A DNA stretch of 64,000 bases from Bispira polyomma. Its lineage: Eukaryota. Numbering within the stretch: the first letter of the stretch is position 1; every line of letters starts with the position of its first letter. The DNA lies in assembly GCA_965649765.1 (NCBI GenBank), contig OZ287748.1, positions 10,726,001-10,790,000 of the forward strand. Direction: 5' to 3'. Below are positions 1-12,650 of the stretch, one piece after another. Both the position numbers and the translations under genes were made by a program. The notes below the pieces were generated by a model. That model was not told the origin of the DNA. It saw only the letters and a program-made list of their open reading frames with translations, and did no database searches.

Positions 1-3000
1 GTTTCCATTGATGTAATTGTTACAGCCGTTTCAGTATCACTTGGAGAAGTCACTATTGTATCTGGTGTGGTTGTATATGTTGATATTTTATCACTGGAAT
101 ATGTTCCAATGGAAGTAGAGCTAAAATCAATTGCTGATGAAGATGAAAAGTCTAATGTATTTGTCTCAGTAGTAAGTCCATCACTTGATTCTGAGGTTGA
201 TGTAGTAGTTATTATCAGTTCTGTGACTTCTGAAGTTTCACTTATTGTACCATCTGTTGGATCTATTGAGGTTGGTGCTACAGAAGGCATTGTTTCAGAT
301 GTTTGGCTTTGGTCATGACTGGTTTCAGTGAAATTGGGTGGTGTCGTTTCAAATGGTTCAGTGCTTATTTTGATTGTATCTGTTGGCACATCTACTTCAG
401 ATGTCAATGATGTCAAATCGTCAGTAGTCTCAAACAGAATAGATTGTGATGAAAAGCTTTGGGAACTGTTTTCCATGATTTCTGTGGAAACCTGTTCAGT
501 TTTTGTGGCTGCAGTGGTTTCCAGGTTATCAGTTTGAGTAGAGAAAATGTCTGAAGATGAAGCTAACAAAGGATTGCTTGTACCTGTGGTATCCGTCAAA
601 TCTCTTTGGGTAGTATCAGTATTCAATTCGGTGGAAACATCAAGTTTTGTTCCTGTTGTTACTAGTATGTTGTCGGAGGTGGTCACAGATAGAACATTAC
701 TTGTCGAAACAACACTTGTTTGTATGTCTGTAGAAGAATCGGTCACAGTTGATTCTTTGGATGTTTCAGAAACCACAGAATCTTCAGTTGTTTCCATTGA
801 TGTAATTGTTACAGCCGTTTCAGTATCACTTGGAGAAGTCACTATTGTATCTGGTGTGGTTGTATATGTTGATATTTTATCACTGGAATATGTTCCAATG
901 GAAGTAGAGCTAAAATCAATTGCTGATGAAGATGAAAAGTCTAATGTATTTGTCTCAGTAGTAAGTCCATCACTTGATTCTGAGGTTGATGTAGTAGTTA
1001 TTATCAGTTCTGTGACTTCTGAAGTTTCACTTATTGTACCATCTGTTGGATCTATTGAGGTTGGTGCTACAGAAGGCATTGTTTCAGATGTTTGGCTTTG
1101 GTCATGACTGGTTTCAGTGAAATTGGGTGGTGTCGTTTCAAATGGTTCAGTGCTTATTTTGATTGTATCTGTTGGCACATCTACTTCAGATGTCAATGAT
1201 GTCAAATCGTCAGTAGTCTCAAACAGAATAGATTGTGATGAAAAGCTTTGGGAACTGTTTTCCATGATTTCTGTGGAAACCTGTTCAGTTTTTGTGGCTG
1301 CAGTGGTTTCCAGGTTATCAGTTTGAGTAGAGAAAATGTCTGAAGATGAAGCTAACAAAGGATTGCTTGTACCTATGGTATCCGTCAAATCTCTTTGGGT
1401 AGTATCAGTATTCAATTCGGTGGAAACATCAAGTTTTGTTCCTGTTGTTACTAGTATGTTGTCGGAGGTGGTCACAGATAGAACATTACTTGTCGAAACA
1501 ACACTTGTTTGTATGTCTGTAGAAGAATCGGTCACAGTTGATTCTTTGGATGTTTCAGAAACCACAGAATCTTCAGTTGTTTCCATTGATGTAATTGTTA
1601 CAGCCGTTTCAGTATCACTTGGAGAAGTCACTATTGTATCTGGTGTGGTTGTATATGTTGATATTTTATCACTGGAATATGTTCCAATGGAAGTAGAGCT
1701 AAAATCAATTGCTGATGAAGATGAAAAGTCTAATGTATTTGTCTCAGTAGTAAGTCCATCACTTGATTCTGAGGTTGATGTAGTAGTTATTATCAGTTCT
1801 GTGACTTCTGAAGTTTCACTTATTGTACCATCTGTTGGATCTATTGAGGTTGGTGCTACAGAAGGCATTGTTTCAGATGTTTGGCTTTGGTCATGACTGG
1901 TTTCAGTGAAATTGGGTGGTGTCGTTTCAAATGGTTCAGTGCTTATTTTGATTGTATCTGTTGGCACATCTACTTCAGATGTCAATGATGTCAAATCGTC
2001 AGTAGTCTCAAACAGAATAGATTGTGATGAAAAGCTTTGGGAACTGTTTTCCATGATTTCTGTGGAAACCTGTTCAGTTTTTGTGGCTGCAGTGGTTTCC
2101 AGGTTATCAGTTTGAGTAGAGAAAATTTCTGAAGATGAAGCTAACAAAGGATTGCTTGTACCTGTGGTATCCGTCAAATCTCTTTGGGTAGTATCAGTAT
2201 TCAATTCGGTGGAAACATCAAGTTTTGTTCCTGTTGTTACTAGTATGTTGTCGGAGGTGGTCACAGATAAAACATTACTTGTCGAAACAACACTTGTTTG
2301 TATGTCTGTAGAAGAATCGGTCACAGTTGATTCTTTGGATGTTTCAGAAACCACAGAATCTTCAGTTGTTTCCATTGATGTAATTGTTACAGCCGTTTCA
2401 GTATCACTTGGAGAAGTCACTATTGTATCTGGTGTGATTGTATATGTTGATATTTTATCACTGGAATATGTTCCAATGGAAGTAGAGCTAAAATCCATTG
2501 CTGATGAAGATGAAAAGTCTAATGTATTTGTCTCAGTAGTAAGTCCATTACTTGATTCTGAGGTTGATGTAGTAGTTTTTTTCAGTTCTGTGACTTCTGA
2601 AGTTTCACTTATTGTACCATCTGTTGGATCTATTGAGGTTGGTGCTACAGAAGGCATTGTTTCAGATGTTTGGCTTTGGTCATGACTGGTTTCAGTGAAA
2701 TTGGGTGGTGTCGTTTCAAATGGTTCAGTGCTTATTTTGATTGTATCTGTTGGCACATCTACTTCAGATGTCAATGATGTCAAATCGTCAGTAGTCTCAA
2801 ACAGAATAGATTGTGATGAAAAGCTTTGAGAACTGTTTTCCATGATTTCTGTGGAAACCTGTTCAGTTTTTGTGGCTGCAGTGGTTTCCAGGTTATCAGT
2901 TTGAGTGGAGAAAATGTCTGAAGATGAAGCTAACAAAGGATTGCTTGTACCTGTGGTATCCGTCAAATCTCTTTGGGTAGTATCAGTATTCAATTCGGTG

Positions 3001-6000
3001 GAAACATCAAGTTTTGTTCCTGTTGTTACTAGTATGTTGTCTGAGGTGGTCACAGATAGAACATTACTTGTCGAAACAACACTTGTTTGTATGTCTGTAG
3101 AAGAATCGGTCACAGTTGATTCTTTGGATGTTTCAGAAACCACAGAATCTTCAGTTGTTTCCATTGATGTAATTGTTACAGCCGTTTCAGTATCACTTGG
3201 AGAAGTCACTATTGTATCTGGTGTGGTTGTATATGTTGATATTTTATCACTGGAATATGTTCCAATGGAAGTAGAGTTAAGATCAATTGCTGATGAAGAT
3301 GAAAAGTCTAATGTATTTGTCTCAGTAGTAAGTCCATCACTTGATTCTGAGGTTGATGTAGTAGTTATTATCAGTTCTGTGACTTCTGAAGTTTCACTTA
3401 TTGTACCATCTGTTGGATCTATTGAGGTTGGTGCTACAGAAGGCATTGTTTCAGATGTTTGGCTTTGGTCATGACTGGTTTCAGTGAAATTGGGTGGTGT
3501 CGTTTCAAATGGTTCAGTGCTTATTTTGATTGTATCTGTTGGCACATCTACTTCAGATGTCAATGATGTCAAATCGTCAGTAGTCTCAAACAGAATAGAT
3601 TGTGATGAAAAGCTTTGAGAACTGTTTTCCATGATTTCTGTGGAAACCTGTTCAGTTTTTGTGACTGCAGTGGTTTCCAGGTTATCAGTTGGAGTAGAGA
3701 AAATGTCTGAAGATGAAGCTAACAAAGGATTGCTTGTACCTGTGGTATCCGTCAAATCTCTTTGGGTAGTATCAGTATTCAATTCGGTGGAATCATCAAA
3801 TTTTGTTCCTGTTGTTACTAGTATGTTGTCGGAGGTGGTCACAGATAAAACATTACTTGTCGAAACAACACTTGTTTGTATGTCTGTAGAAGAATCGCTC
3901 ACAGTTGATTCTTTAGATGTTTCAGAAACCACAGAATCTTTAGTTGTTTCCATTGATGTAATTGTTACAGCCATTTCAGTATCACTTGGAGAAGTCACTA
4001 TTGTATCTGGTGTGGTTGTATATGTTGATATTTTATCACTGGAATATGTTCCAATGGAAGTAGAGTTAAGATCAATTGCTGATGAAGATAAAAAGTCTAA
4101 TGTATTTGTCTCAGTAGTAAGTCCATCACTTGATTCTGAAGTTGATGTAGTAGTTATTTTCAGTTCTGTGACTTCTGAAGTTTCACTTATTGTACCATCT
4201 GTTGGATCTATTGAGGTTGGTGCTATAGAAGGCATTGTTTCAGATGTTTGGCTTTGGCCATGACTGGTTTCAGTGAAATTGGGTGGTGTCGTTTCAAATG
4301 GTTCAGTGCTTATTTTGATTGTATCTGTTGACACATCTACTTCAGATGTCAATGATTTCAAATCGTCAGTAGTCTCAAACAGAATAGATTGTGATGAAAA
4401 GCTTTGAGAACTGTTTTCCATGATTTCTGTGGAAACCTGTTCAGTTTTTGTGGCCGCAGTGGTTTCCAGGTTGTCAGTTTGAGTAGAGAAAATGTCTGAT
4501 GATGAAGCTAACAAAGGATTGCTTGTACCTGTGGTATCCGTCAAATCTCTTTGGGTAGTATCAGTATTCAATTTGGTGGAAACATCAAGTTTTGTTCCTG
4601 TTGTTACTAGTATGTTGTCGGAGGTGGTCACAGATAGAACATTACTTGTCGAAACAACACTTGTTTGTATGTCTGTAGAAGAATCGGTCACAGTTGATTC
4701 TTTGGATGTTTCAGAAACCACAGAATCTTTAGTTGTTTCCATTGATGTAATTGTTACAGCCGTTTCAGTATCACTTGGAGAAGTCACTATTGTATCTGGT
4801 GTGGTTGTATATGTTGATATTTTATCACTGGAATATGTTCCAATGGAAGTAGAGTTAAGATCAATTGCTGATGAAGATGAAAAGTCTAATGTATTTGTTT
4901 CAGTAGTAAGTCCATCACTTGATTCTGAGGTTGATGTAGTAGTTATTATCAGTTCTGTGACTTCTGAAGTTTCACTTATTGTACCATCTGTTGGATCTAT
5001 TGAGGTTGGTGCTACAGAAGGCATTGTTTCAGATGTTTGGCTTTGGTCATGACTGGTTTCAGTGAAATTGGGTGGTGTCGTTTCAAATGGTTCAGTGCTT
5101 ATTTTGATTGTATCTGTTGGCACATCTACTTCAGATGTCAATGATGTCAAATCGTCAGTAGTCTCGAACAGAATAGATTGTGATGAAAAGCTTTGAGAAC
5201 TGTTTTCCATGATTTCTGTGGAAACCTGTTCAGTTTTTGTGGCTGCAGTGGTTTCCAGGTTATCAGTTTGAGTAGGGAAAATGTCTGAAGATGAAGCTAA
5301 CAAAGGATTGCTTGTACCTGTGGTATCCGTCAAATCTCTTTGGGTAGTATCAGTATTCAATTCGGTGGAAACATCAAGTTTTGTTCCTGTTGTTACTAGT
5401 ATGTTGTCGGAGGTGGTCACAGATAGAACATTACTTGTCGAAACAACACTTGTTTGTATGTCTGTAGAAGAATCGGTCAAGGTTGATTCTTTGGATGTTT
5501 CAGAAACCACAGAATCTTTAGTTGTTTCCATTGATGTAATTGTTACAGCCATTTCAGTATCACTTGGAGAAGTCACTATTGTATCTGGTGTGGTTGTATA
5601 TGTTGATATTTCATCACTGGAATATGTTCCAATGGAAGTAGAGCTAAAATCAATTGCTGATGAAGATGAAAAGTCTAATGTATTTGTCTCAGTAGTAAGT
5701 CCATCACTTGATTCTGAGGTTGATGTAGTAGTTATTTTCAGTTCTGTGACTTCTGAAGTTTCACTTATTGTACCATCTGTTGGATCTATTGAGGTTGATG
5801 CTACAGAAGGCATTGTTTCAGATGTTTGGCTTTGGTCATGACTGGTTTCAGTGAAATTGGGTGGTGTCGTTTCAAATGGTTCAGTGCTTATTTTGATTGT
5901 ATCTGTTGGCACATCTACTTCAGATGTCAATGATGTCAATTCGTCAGTAGTCTCAAACAGAATAGATTGTGATGAAAAGCTTTGAGAACTGTTTTCCATG

Positions 6001-8775
6001 ATTTCTGTGGAAACCTGTTCAGTTTTTGTGGCTGCAGTGGTTTCCAGGTTATCAGTTTGAGTAGAGAAAATGTCTGAAGATGAAGCTAACAAAGGATTGC
6101 TTGTACCTGTGGTATCCGTCAAATCTCTTTGGGTAGTATCAGTATTCAATTCGGTGGAAACATCAAGTTTTGTTCCTGTTGTTACTAATATGTTGTCGGA
6201 GGTGGTCACAGATAGAACATTACTTGTCGAAACAACACTTGTTTGTATGTCTGTAGAAGAATCGGTCACAGTTGATTCTTTAGATGTTTCAGAAACCACA
6301 GAATCTTCAGTTGTTTCCATTGATGTAATTGTTACAGCCGTTTCAGTATCACTTGGAGAAGTCACTATTGTATCTGGTGTGGTTGTATATGTTGATATTT
6401 CATCACTGGAATATGTTCCAATGGAAGTGGAGCTAAGATCAATTGCTGATGAAGATGAAAAGTCTAATGTATTTGTCTCAGTAGTAAGTCCATCACTTGA
6501 TTCTGAGGTTGATGTAGTAGTTATTTTTAGTTCTGTGACTTCTGAAGTTTCACTTATTGTACCATCTGTTGGATCTATTGAGGTTGGTGCTACAGAAGGC
6601 ATTGTTTCAGATGTTTGGCTTTGGTCATGACTGGTTTCAGTGAAATTGGGTGGTGTCGTTTCAAATGGTTCAGTGCTTATTTTGATTGTATCTGTTGGCA
6701 CATCTACTTCAGATGTCAATGATGTCAAATCGTCAGTAGTCTCAAACAGAATAGATTGTGATGAAAAGCTTTGAGAACTGTTTTCCATGATTTCTGTGGA
6801 AACCTGTTCGGTTTTTGTGGCTGCAGTGGTTTCCAGGTTATCAGTTTGAGTAGGGAAAATGTCTGAAGATGAAGCTAACAAAGGATTGCTTGTACCTGTG
6901 GTATCCGTCAAATCTCTTTGGGTAGTATCAGTATTCAATTCGGTGGAAACATCAAGTTTTGTTCCTGTTGTTACTAGTATGTTGTCGGAGGTGGTCACAG
7001 ATAGAACATTACTTGTCGAAACAACACTTGTTTGTATGTCTGTAGAAGAATCGGTCAAGGTTGATTCTTTGGATGTTTCAGAAACCACAGAATCTTTAGT
7101 TGTTTCCATTGATGTAATTGTTACAGCCATTTCAGTATCACTTGGAGAAGTCACTATTGTATCTGGTGTGGTTGTATATGTTGATATTTCATCACTGGAA
7201 TATGTTCCAATGGAAGTAGAGCTAAAATCAATTGCTGATGAAGATGAAAAGTCTAATGTATTTGTTTCAGTAGTAAGTCCATCACTTGATTCTGAGGTTG
7301 ATGTAGTAGTTATTTTCAGTTCTGTGACTTCTGAAGTTTCACTTATTGTACCATCTGTTGGATCTATTGAGGTTGGTGCTACAGAAGGCATTGTTTCAGA
7401 TGTTTGGCTTTGGTCATGACTGGTTTCAGTGAAATTGGGAGGTGTCGTTTCAAATGGTTCAGTGCTTATTTTGATTGTATCTGTTGGCACATCTACTTCA
7501 GATGTCAATGATGTCAAATCGTCAGTAGTCTCAAACAGAATAGATTGTGATGAAAAGCTTTGAGAACTGTTTTCCATGATTTCTGTGGAAACCTGTTCAG
7601 TTTTTGTGGCTGCAGTGGTTTCCAGGTTATCAGTTTGAGTAGAGAAAATGTCTGAAGATGAAGCTAACAAAGGATTGCTTGTACCTGTGGTATCCGTCAA
7701 ATCTCTTTGGGTAGTATCAGTATTCAATTCGGTGGAAACATCAAGTTTTGTTCCTGTTGTTACTAATATGTTGTCGGAGGTGGTCACAGATAGAACATTA
7801 CTTGTCGAAACAACACTTGTTTGTATGTCTGTAGAAGAATCGGTCACAGTTGATTCTTTAGATGTTTCAGAAACCACAGAATCTTCAGTTGTTTCCATTG
7901 ATGTAATTGTTACAGCCGTTTCAGTATCACTTGGAGAAGTCACTATTGTATCTGGTGTGGTTGTATATGTTGATATTTCATCACTGGAATATGTTCCAAT
8001 GGAAGTGGAGCTAAGATCAATTGCTGATGAAGATGAAAAGTCTAATGTATTTGTCTCAGTAGTAAGTCCATCACTTGATTCTGAGGTTGATGTAGTAGTT
8101 CTTTGTAGTTCTGTGACTTCTGAAGTTTCACTTATTGTACCATCTGTTGGATCTATTGAGGTTGGTGCTATAGAAAGCATTGTTTCAGATGTTTGGCTTT
8201 GGTCATGACTGGTTTCAGTGAAATTGGGTGGTGTCGTTTCAAATGGTTCAGTGCGTATTTTGATTGTATCTGTTGGCACATCTACTTCAGATGTCAATGA
8301 TGTCAAATCGTCAGTAGTCTCAAACAGAATAGATTGTGATGAAAAGCTTTCAGAACTGGTCTCTATGATTTCTGTGGAAACCTGTTTGGTTTTTGTGGCA
8401 TCGGTAGTTTCCAGGTTACCAGTTTGAATTGAAAAAATGTCTGAAGATGAAGTTGACAAAGGATTGCTTGTACCTGTGGTATCTGTCAAATCTCTTTGGG
8501 TAGTATCAGTATTCAATTCGGTGGAAACATCAAGTTTTGTTCCTGATGTTACTAATATATTTGGGGTGGTCACAGATGGAGGATTACTTGTCAAAACAAC
8601 ACTTATTTGCACATCTGTAGAAGAATCGGTCACAGTTGATTCTTCAGATTTTCCAGAAACCACGGAATCTTCAGTTGTTTCCATTGATGTAAATGTTACA
8701 AGCATTTGATTATCACTTGGAGAAGTCACAATTGTATCTGGTGTTGTTGTATATGATATTTCATCACTAGAATAT
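1..8775. repeat. Coding tandem repeat, 789-bp unit (263 aa), about 11 copies within the window
   Basis: GTTTCCATTGATG recurs at 1, 790, 1579 and so on; the shadow ORFs recur every 789 bp (547, 1336 ... 7648, 8437); the unit nearest 8.4-8.8 kb is the most diverged. Confidence 0.98.
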
Positions 8776-9166
8776 GTGACAGAAGCAGAATTGTCATCCT
8801 CTACTGTTGAAGCCAGTCCTGCTATACTCTTTTCTTGATCTAAAAAAGTGTTTGGGGAAGTGTTGGAGAAAAATTTGCCCAGAAATTTGGTAGACAAAAA
8901 GGTGAAATCATTTACTGCTGAAGAAGCAGTGCTGAATGCACCTATTTCTGTGTCATTTGCAGTAGATGACATAGGAATAGTTTTTGGAGAGGATGATGCA
9001 TCTTCTGTGGTGCTAAAAATATCACGTTTTTGACTGTGACTAGACTGTTCATTTTCTGGAGTTGTGAAGTTCTTTATCTCTGCTGTAGTAATAGATCTAT
9101 TTGGTGTGCTAGTTGTGCTGAGATCAATTGCGGCTGTATTTACCTTTGTTGTTTTCCCATTGGATT
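1..9166 (-). CDS. Giant exon of a mucin-like (Thr/Ser/Glu/Asp-rich) glycoprotein, 3' incomplete
   Basis: Acceptor attttaatatacAG before 9166. The frame reads SNGKTTKVNTAAIDLSTTSTPNRS... then repeats such as TYSSDKISTYTTTPDTIVTSPSDTETAVTITSMET. No stop seen in the parts translated by hand; the indels in the terminal unit are 3 nt; the frame continues beyond position 1. Confidence 0.9.
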
Positions 9167-9316
9167 CTGTATATTAAAATACTAATGAAATCAAAAATAT
9201 TTAGTTGTTACGGTATAGCAAGGGACGTTTTTATGCACAATTTTGAAAACATTTTGTTTCGTTATATTGACAAGAACTACTCTAAAATATTATCACTGCA
9301 GCATTGATAAACTTAC

Positions 9317-9352
9317 TGTAATTGTAGTTGTGGCATGTTTTATCACTGGATT
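9317..9352 (-). CDS. 36-nt micro-exon 2 of the mucin-like gene (E-SSDKTCHNYNY)
   Basis: Flanked by a ttttaaatctatAG acceptor and a GTAAGT donor; symmetric phase 1-1 and open in frame. Confidence 0.55.
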
Positions 9353-9577
9353 CTATAGATTTAAAAGCATTTGAAAATAAGATGTTTAATTTTGTTTCCT
9401 AAAGTACGTAAACATTCATTTGTATAATTGAAATTACGCTATTGGAGAAACTATTGTGTGTTGCTTTTCTTCAAACTATTATAAACTTACTGCCATTTGT
9501 CGGTTACATGTATTTTATAAACTAACGACCATTAATAAATGAGTAAAATTATTTTAATTCACATCAAATGTACTTAC

Positions 9578-9644
9578 CTAATAAAGAGTATGATACAATT
9601 GCAAGATGCAAATATCTGGATAAACTCCCCGGTGAGATCTTCAT
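9578..9644 (-). CDS. Exon 1 (signal-peptide-like, MKISPGSLSRYLHLAIVSYSLL) of a giant mucin-like gene
   Basis: ATG at 9644; 67 nt ending in a strong G|GTAAGTA donor (phase 1); basic N-terminus then a hydrophobic stretch; phase is compatible with the downstream exons. Confidence 0.75.
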
Positions 9645-9724
9645 CTTAAACTGGTTTTACGTCTGTCGAACTTTACTTAAGATATACTGCATTTTGAAAT
9701 ATTATCCACTGTTATAGGCACACA

Positions 9725-9830
9725 TTTTCTTTATATTTGTGCAGTAGTAAACCCATCCTGTATACTTTGTATCATTTATTTACTAATTATATTTTTGGGG
9801 GTGGTTCTGATAATGTGCTGATAATGTGTT
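9725..9830 (-). promoter_or_regulatory. Candidate core promoter of the mucin-like gene (TATAAAG plus two GATA motifs)
   Basis: Minus-strand TATAAAG near 9729-9735, about 85 nt upstream of the ATG; tandem CTGATAATGTG twice near 9807-9828. Confidence 0.3.
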
Positions 9831-10549
9831 TATATATATGGGGATATTTTAATTGAATTTGGGGGGTGTTTTGTTATGCTGGGTCTATCCTTTATGTAAA
9901 ACAAAACATTATCTATTGTGTCACGTCGAATAAGATATTACTAGTACACTTATTATATATATATATGAATTTATAAGATGGATAGATACACGCTGTTTTC
10001 CAAGGTGTTTTTGTCTTTTTTTTTGGTTGGATTGTTAAATGCATAGTATTTAATTGCTGAACCATAGAGAGCATGATATGCTAAGAAAATACTCTCTCTA
10101 AATTTATCTAATTTAGCCAAGATAAATTTATCTGAAATGTTATAATATGATTACTGCTTTGTTTTAATTATCTTCAAGTGATAACCCAAGCAGTCAGGTT
10201 TTTCAGCTAATTACACAAGTCTATTCTTTATTAAAGTATTGCCTAAATAAAATATTTTTTTGTATTTTAAGGTGAATGAGCCTTCTGAACTTGATTATTA
10301 TAAAAGACAGGCAGCCCAATTGTGTTTTTATTTCCTTGTGTCAAGCGACAAGTAACTTTTCAACAGAACTTCAACCATAATTATGTCCTTTAAAAGAATC
10401 TGTAGAAAAGTGATAAGAAGAAAAGAATAATTGAATAAAGACATGTTACATAATATTAAAAATCAAATGCATCAGCCACACAACATATCCTGTACCACAT
10501 GACAGGTTCAGTTATGTTGACCTAAAAAATTAACAACCAAATCAGCGCT

Positions 10550-11060
10550 TTACAATTAACAAAACTTGGAACAATAAAAATATGTTTTAGACTTTAACCT
10601 ATGATTGTGCATAAGTGGGTATGTAAACACTCACTTCGAAAAACAGAGGACTTGGGTTCTATTCCCCTTCTGAGACGACCAGGTACAGGCATATCCACCA
10701 CCTCAAAATGGATGTCTTCTGCAGGTGGTTCCTATCCTAGCGGCAGGTTGAAAATAACTTCGGTGACCTTGATAACAGGTCATCCCCAATCAATTGGTAT
10801 TAGTTACAAGAATGGTAGTCATTGGTGATGGTTGGCCATATTTGAGAAGTTAACAAAATTAGTGGTTGGAATACCAGATAAAAGCCAGATAAATACATTT
10901 AGTATAAATTTGAATACATTACAATATAGAACTGAGTTTAAAAGCATTGAGAATTTAATGTTTTTTTTTTTTTGCCTGAAACGTAGAATAAAACAAATAA
11001 TACAGACGACTAATATATATTTAATGAGTGCAACCTGTAACTCTGAGCGAATATTCAATG
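10550..11060 (-). mobile_element. Possible highly decayed LINE ORF2 3' fragment
   Basis: Minus-strand translation ...NFSNMANHHQ*LP resembles the FRxxNHxLPIE motif found downstream of the RT domain in non-LTR elements. Confidence 0.3.
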
Positions 11061-11242
11061 CATTACTGTACTTTAAAAACAACATTTTATAGATAGACGT
11101 GAACTTTGACAATGCATAATTATATACCCCGCCCTGTGTTACAAAATTAAACCATTGGGCGTGAGAAACTACACAAAATGCCAACTGATATAGATATGAT
11201 CTATATCACCAAAACAATAGGAGTGCTAGTGAAAAGTTGACC

Positions 11243-11245
<3 letters not shown>

Positions 11246-11269
<24 letters not shown>
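11246..11269. repeat. (TG)n microsatellite
   Basis: About 12 TG units. Confidence 0.95.
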
Positions 11270-11273
<4 letters not shown>

Positions 11274-11495
11274 TACCCCGGCTCCCAACCTAAACAAACC
11301 CCTCCCCTCGGCAGGAGGTGAAAACGTTATAACAAAGAATATGTATCATTTTTTTTTGGTCAAGGAGGCCTCGGTGATGTAGTGTAACACAGTCGTGGGT
11401 TCAAAGCTCGCTTCAAATTTTAGTGACAAGAGTATATGAAAGAGTAATAGAATTACATGTTTGATAAAGACAAAACGACAGAGAACATCCAACCA

Positions 11496-11703
11496 TTAAA
11501 GGGAAGAATATACCTGTCCGATTTTGCTTCAGAATCCGTCATCCGAAATGCTATATGTATATTTAAAAAATCAGCTCCCGAATCTGAGGTGACGCCATCC
11601 AGGTGTATTCTACTTCTCTATTTCGATTTTTTTTCGAATGACAGAAACGGACGTCGGATGACGGATTCGGAAGCAAAATCGGACAAGTGTATTCGCCCCT
11701 AAA
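11496..11703. mobile_element. MITE with about 45-bp terminal inverted repeats (TTAA-type ends, Kolobok/piggyBac-like)
   Basis: Left AGGGAAGAATATACCTGTCCGATTTTGCTTCAGAATCCGTCATCCGA versus right TCGGATGACGGATTCGGAAGCAAAATCGGACAAGTGTATTCGCCCCT. Confidence 0.75.
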
Positions 11704-11944
11704 GGCTGATTAGTCCTAGCAATATATATGTTTAGTGTATGTGGAAAAATTCACTAAAGCCTAGACCGAGTATTCTGCCGCCAATGACAGCTTTTTTTTC
11801 TGATGGACAGCCTTTTCGCAATTCCGTCATCAAGATAACAGCCAGGAATCTCGCCAAATGGGACAGATTATTCGGTCAAACTAAAAGCCAGTGGTTTGCA
11901 GAGCAGAACCTTTTACCAACTGCTCTGCCCTGATTCCACGGCCA

Positions 11945-12025
11945 TTATGCTTCCTGATGGAGCTGAGACTGAACAATTAGTTGACAAGTTGAAGAACCCA
12001 GGCTGGGGATGTAAACTGTAAAGTT
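11945..12025 (+). mobile_element. 3' fragment of SINE family 2
   Basis: GGAGCTGAGACTGAACAATTAGTTGACAAG...CCCAGGCTGGGG is shared with 18420-18470 and 20080-20130. Confidence 0.7.
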
Positions 12026-12120
12026 GGCTGAGACCTCAAAAGAGGCGATATCAGATTATAAACCTACACATATTTACATTTCTTCCACCAGTAAACTGGC
12101 TATGGTGGTATAACCTATGT

Positions 12121-12650
12121 TTAAAAGGGCAAATATCCCTTTTGGCTTTCGTCATCCGTCTCTGAAGTCCATTTTCCGTCATCCAGAAAAATTGAAATCA
12201 AAGCAAATAGAGAAGTAAAATACACCTGGCCGACGTCCCCTCCGAATCAGGAGCCAAATTTTCAAAATCAGCCCAAGACCATTTTTTTTTTCGAATGACG
12301 GAGTGGAATATGACATAAATTTCATAGATTTTCTGAGGTTGGTGACATCTTTATGTAGTACCCATATTTAAAATAAATTATCTCAGCCATTTGTTAACAG
12401 ATTTTAATGCAACTAAAAGCATAATAATTGTTATAAAATAAACTTTGTAACCATATTATTAAGGAACTTTAATCTTCAGTAATTTCAGTTATAAATTGTA
12501 CTATATTAATTTCTTTTCAACACCATGCATGTATGCTAGAAAATTCTGTTAGTTTTTCGGATGTAGCGCATCTGCAAATTCGCACGTCGAATGACGGAAG
12601 ATGGATGACGGATTCAAAAGCCAAATCGGCCAGGTCTGTTTTCCCCTTAA
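12121..12650. mobile_element. Longer member of the same TTAA-ended MITE family as 11496-11703
   Basis: Starts TTAAAAGGGC...CCGTCATCC and ends GGATGACGGATTCAAAAGCCAAATCGGCCAGGTCTGTTTTCCCCTTAA; its internal segment is an inverted homologue of the 11560-11640 interior. Confidence 0.65.

Noticed and set aside
1-8775. 789-bp array as a CRISPR array or non-coding satellite
   Set aside because: No repeat-spacer alternation; the unit length is a multiple of three and the array is coding
67-9033. Repeated + strand Val/Ser-rich ORFs (60-210 aa)
   Set aside because: Antisense shadows of Thr/Ser/Glu codons in the minus-strand mucin frame; they are interrupted by stops in every unit while the minus frame is open and has splice signals
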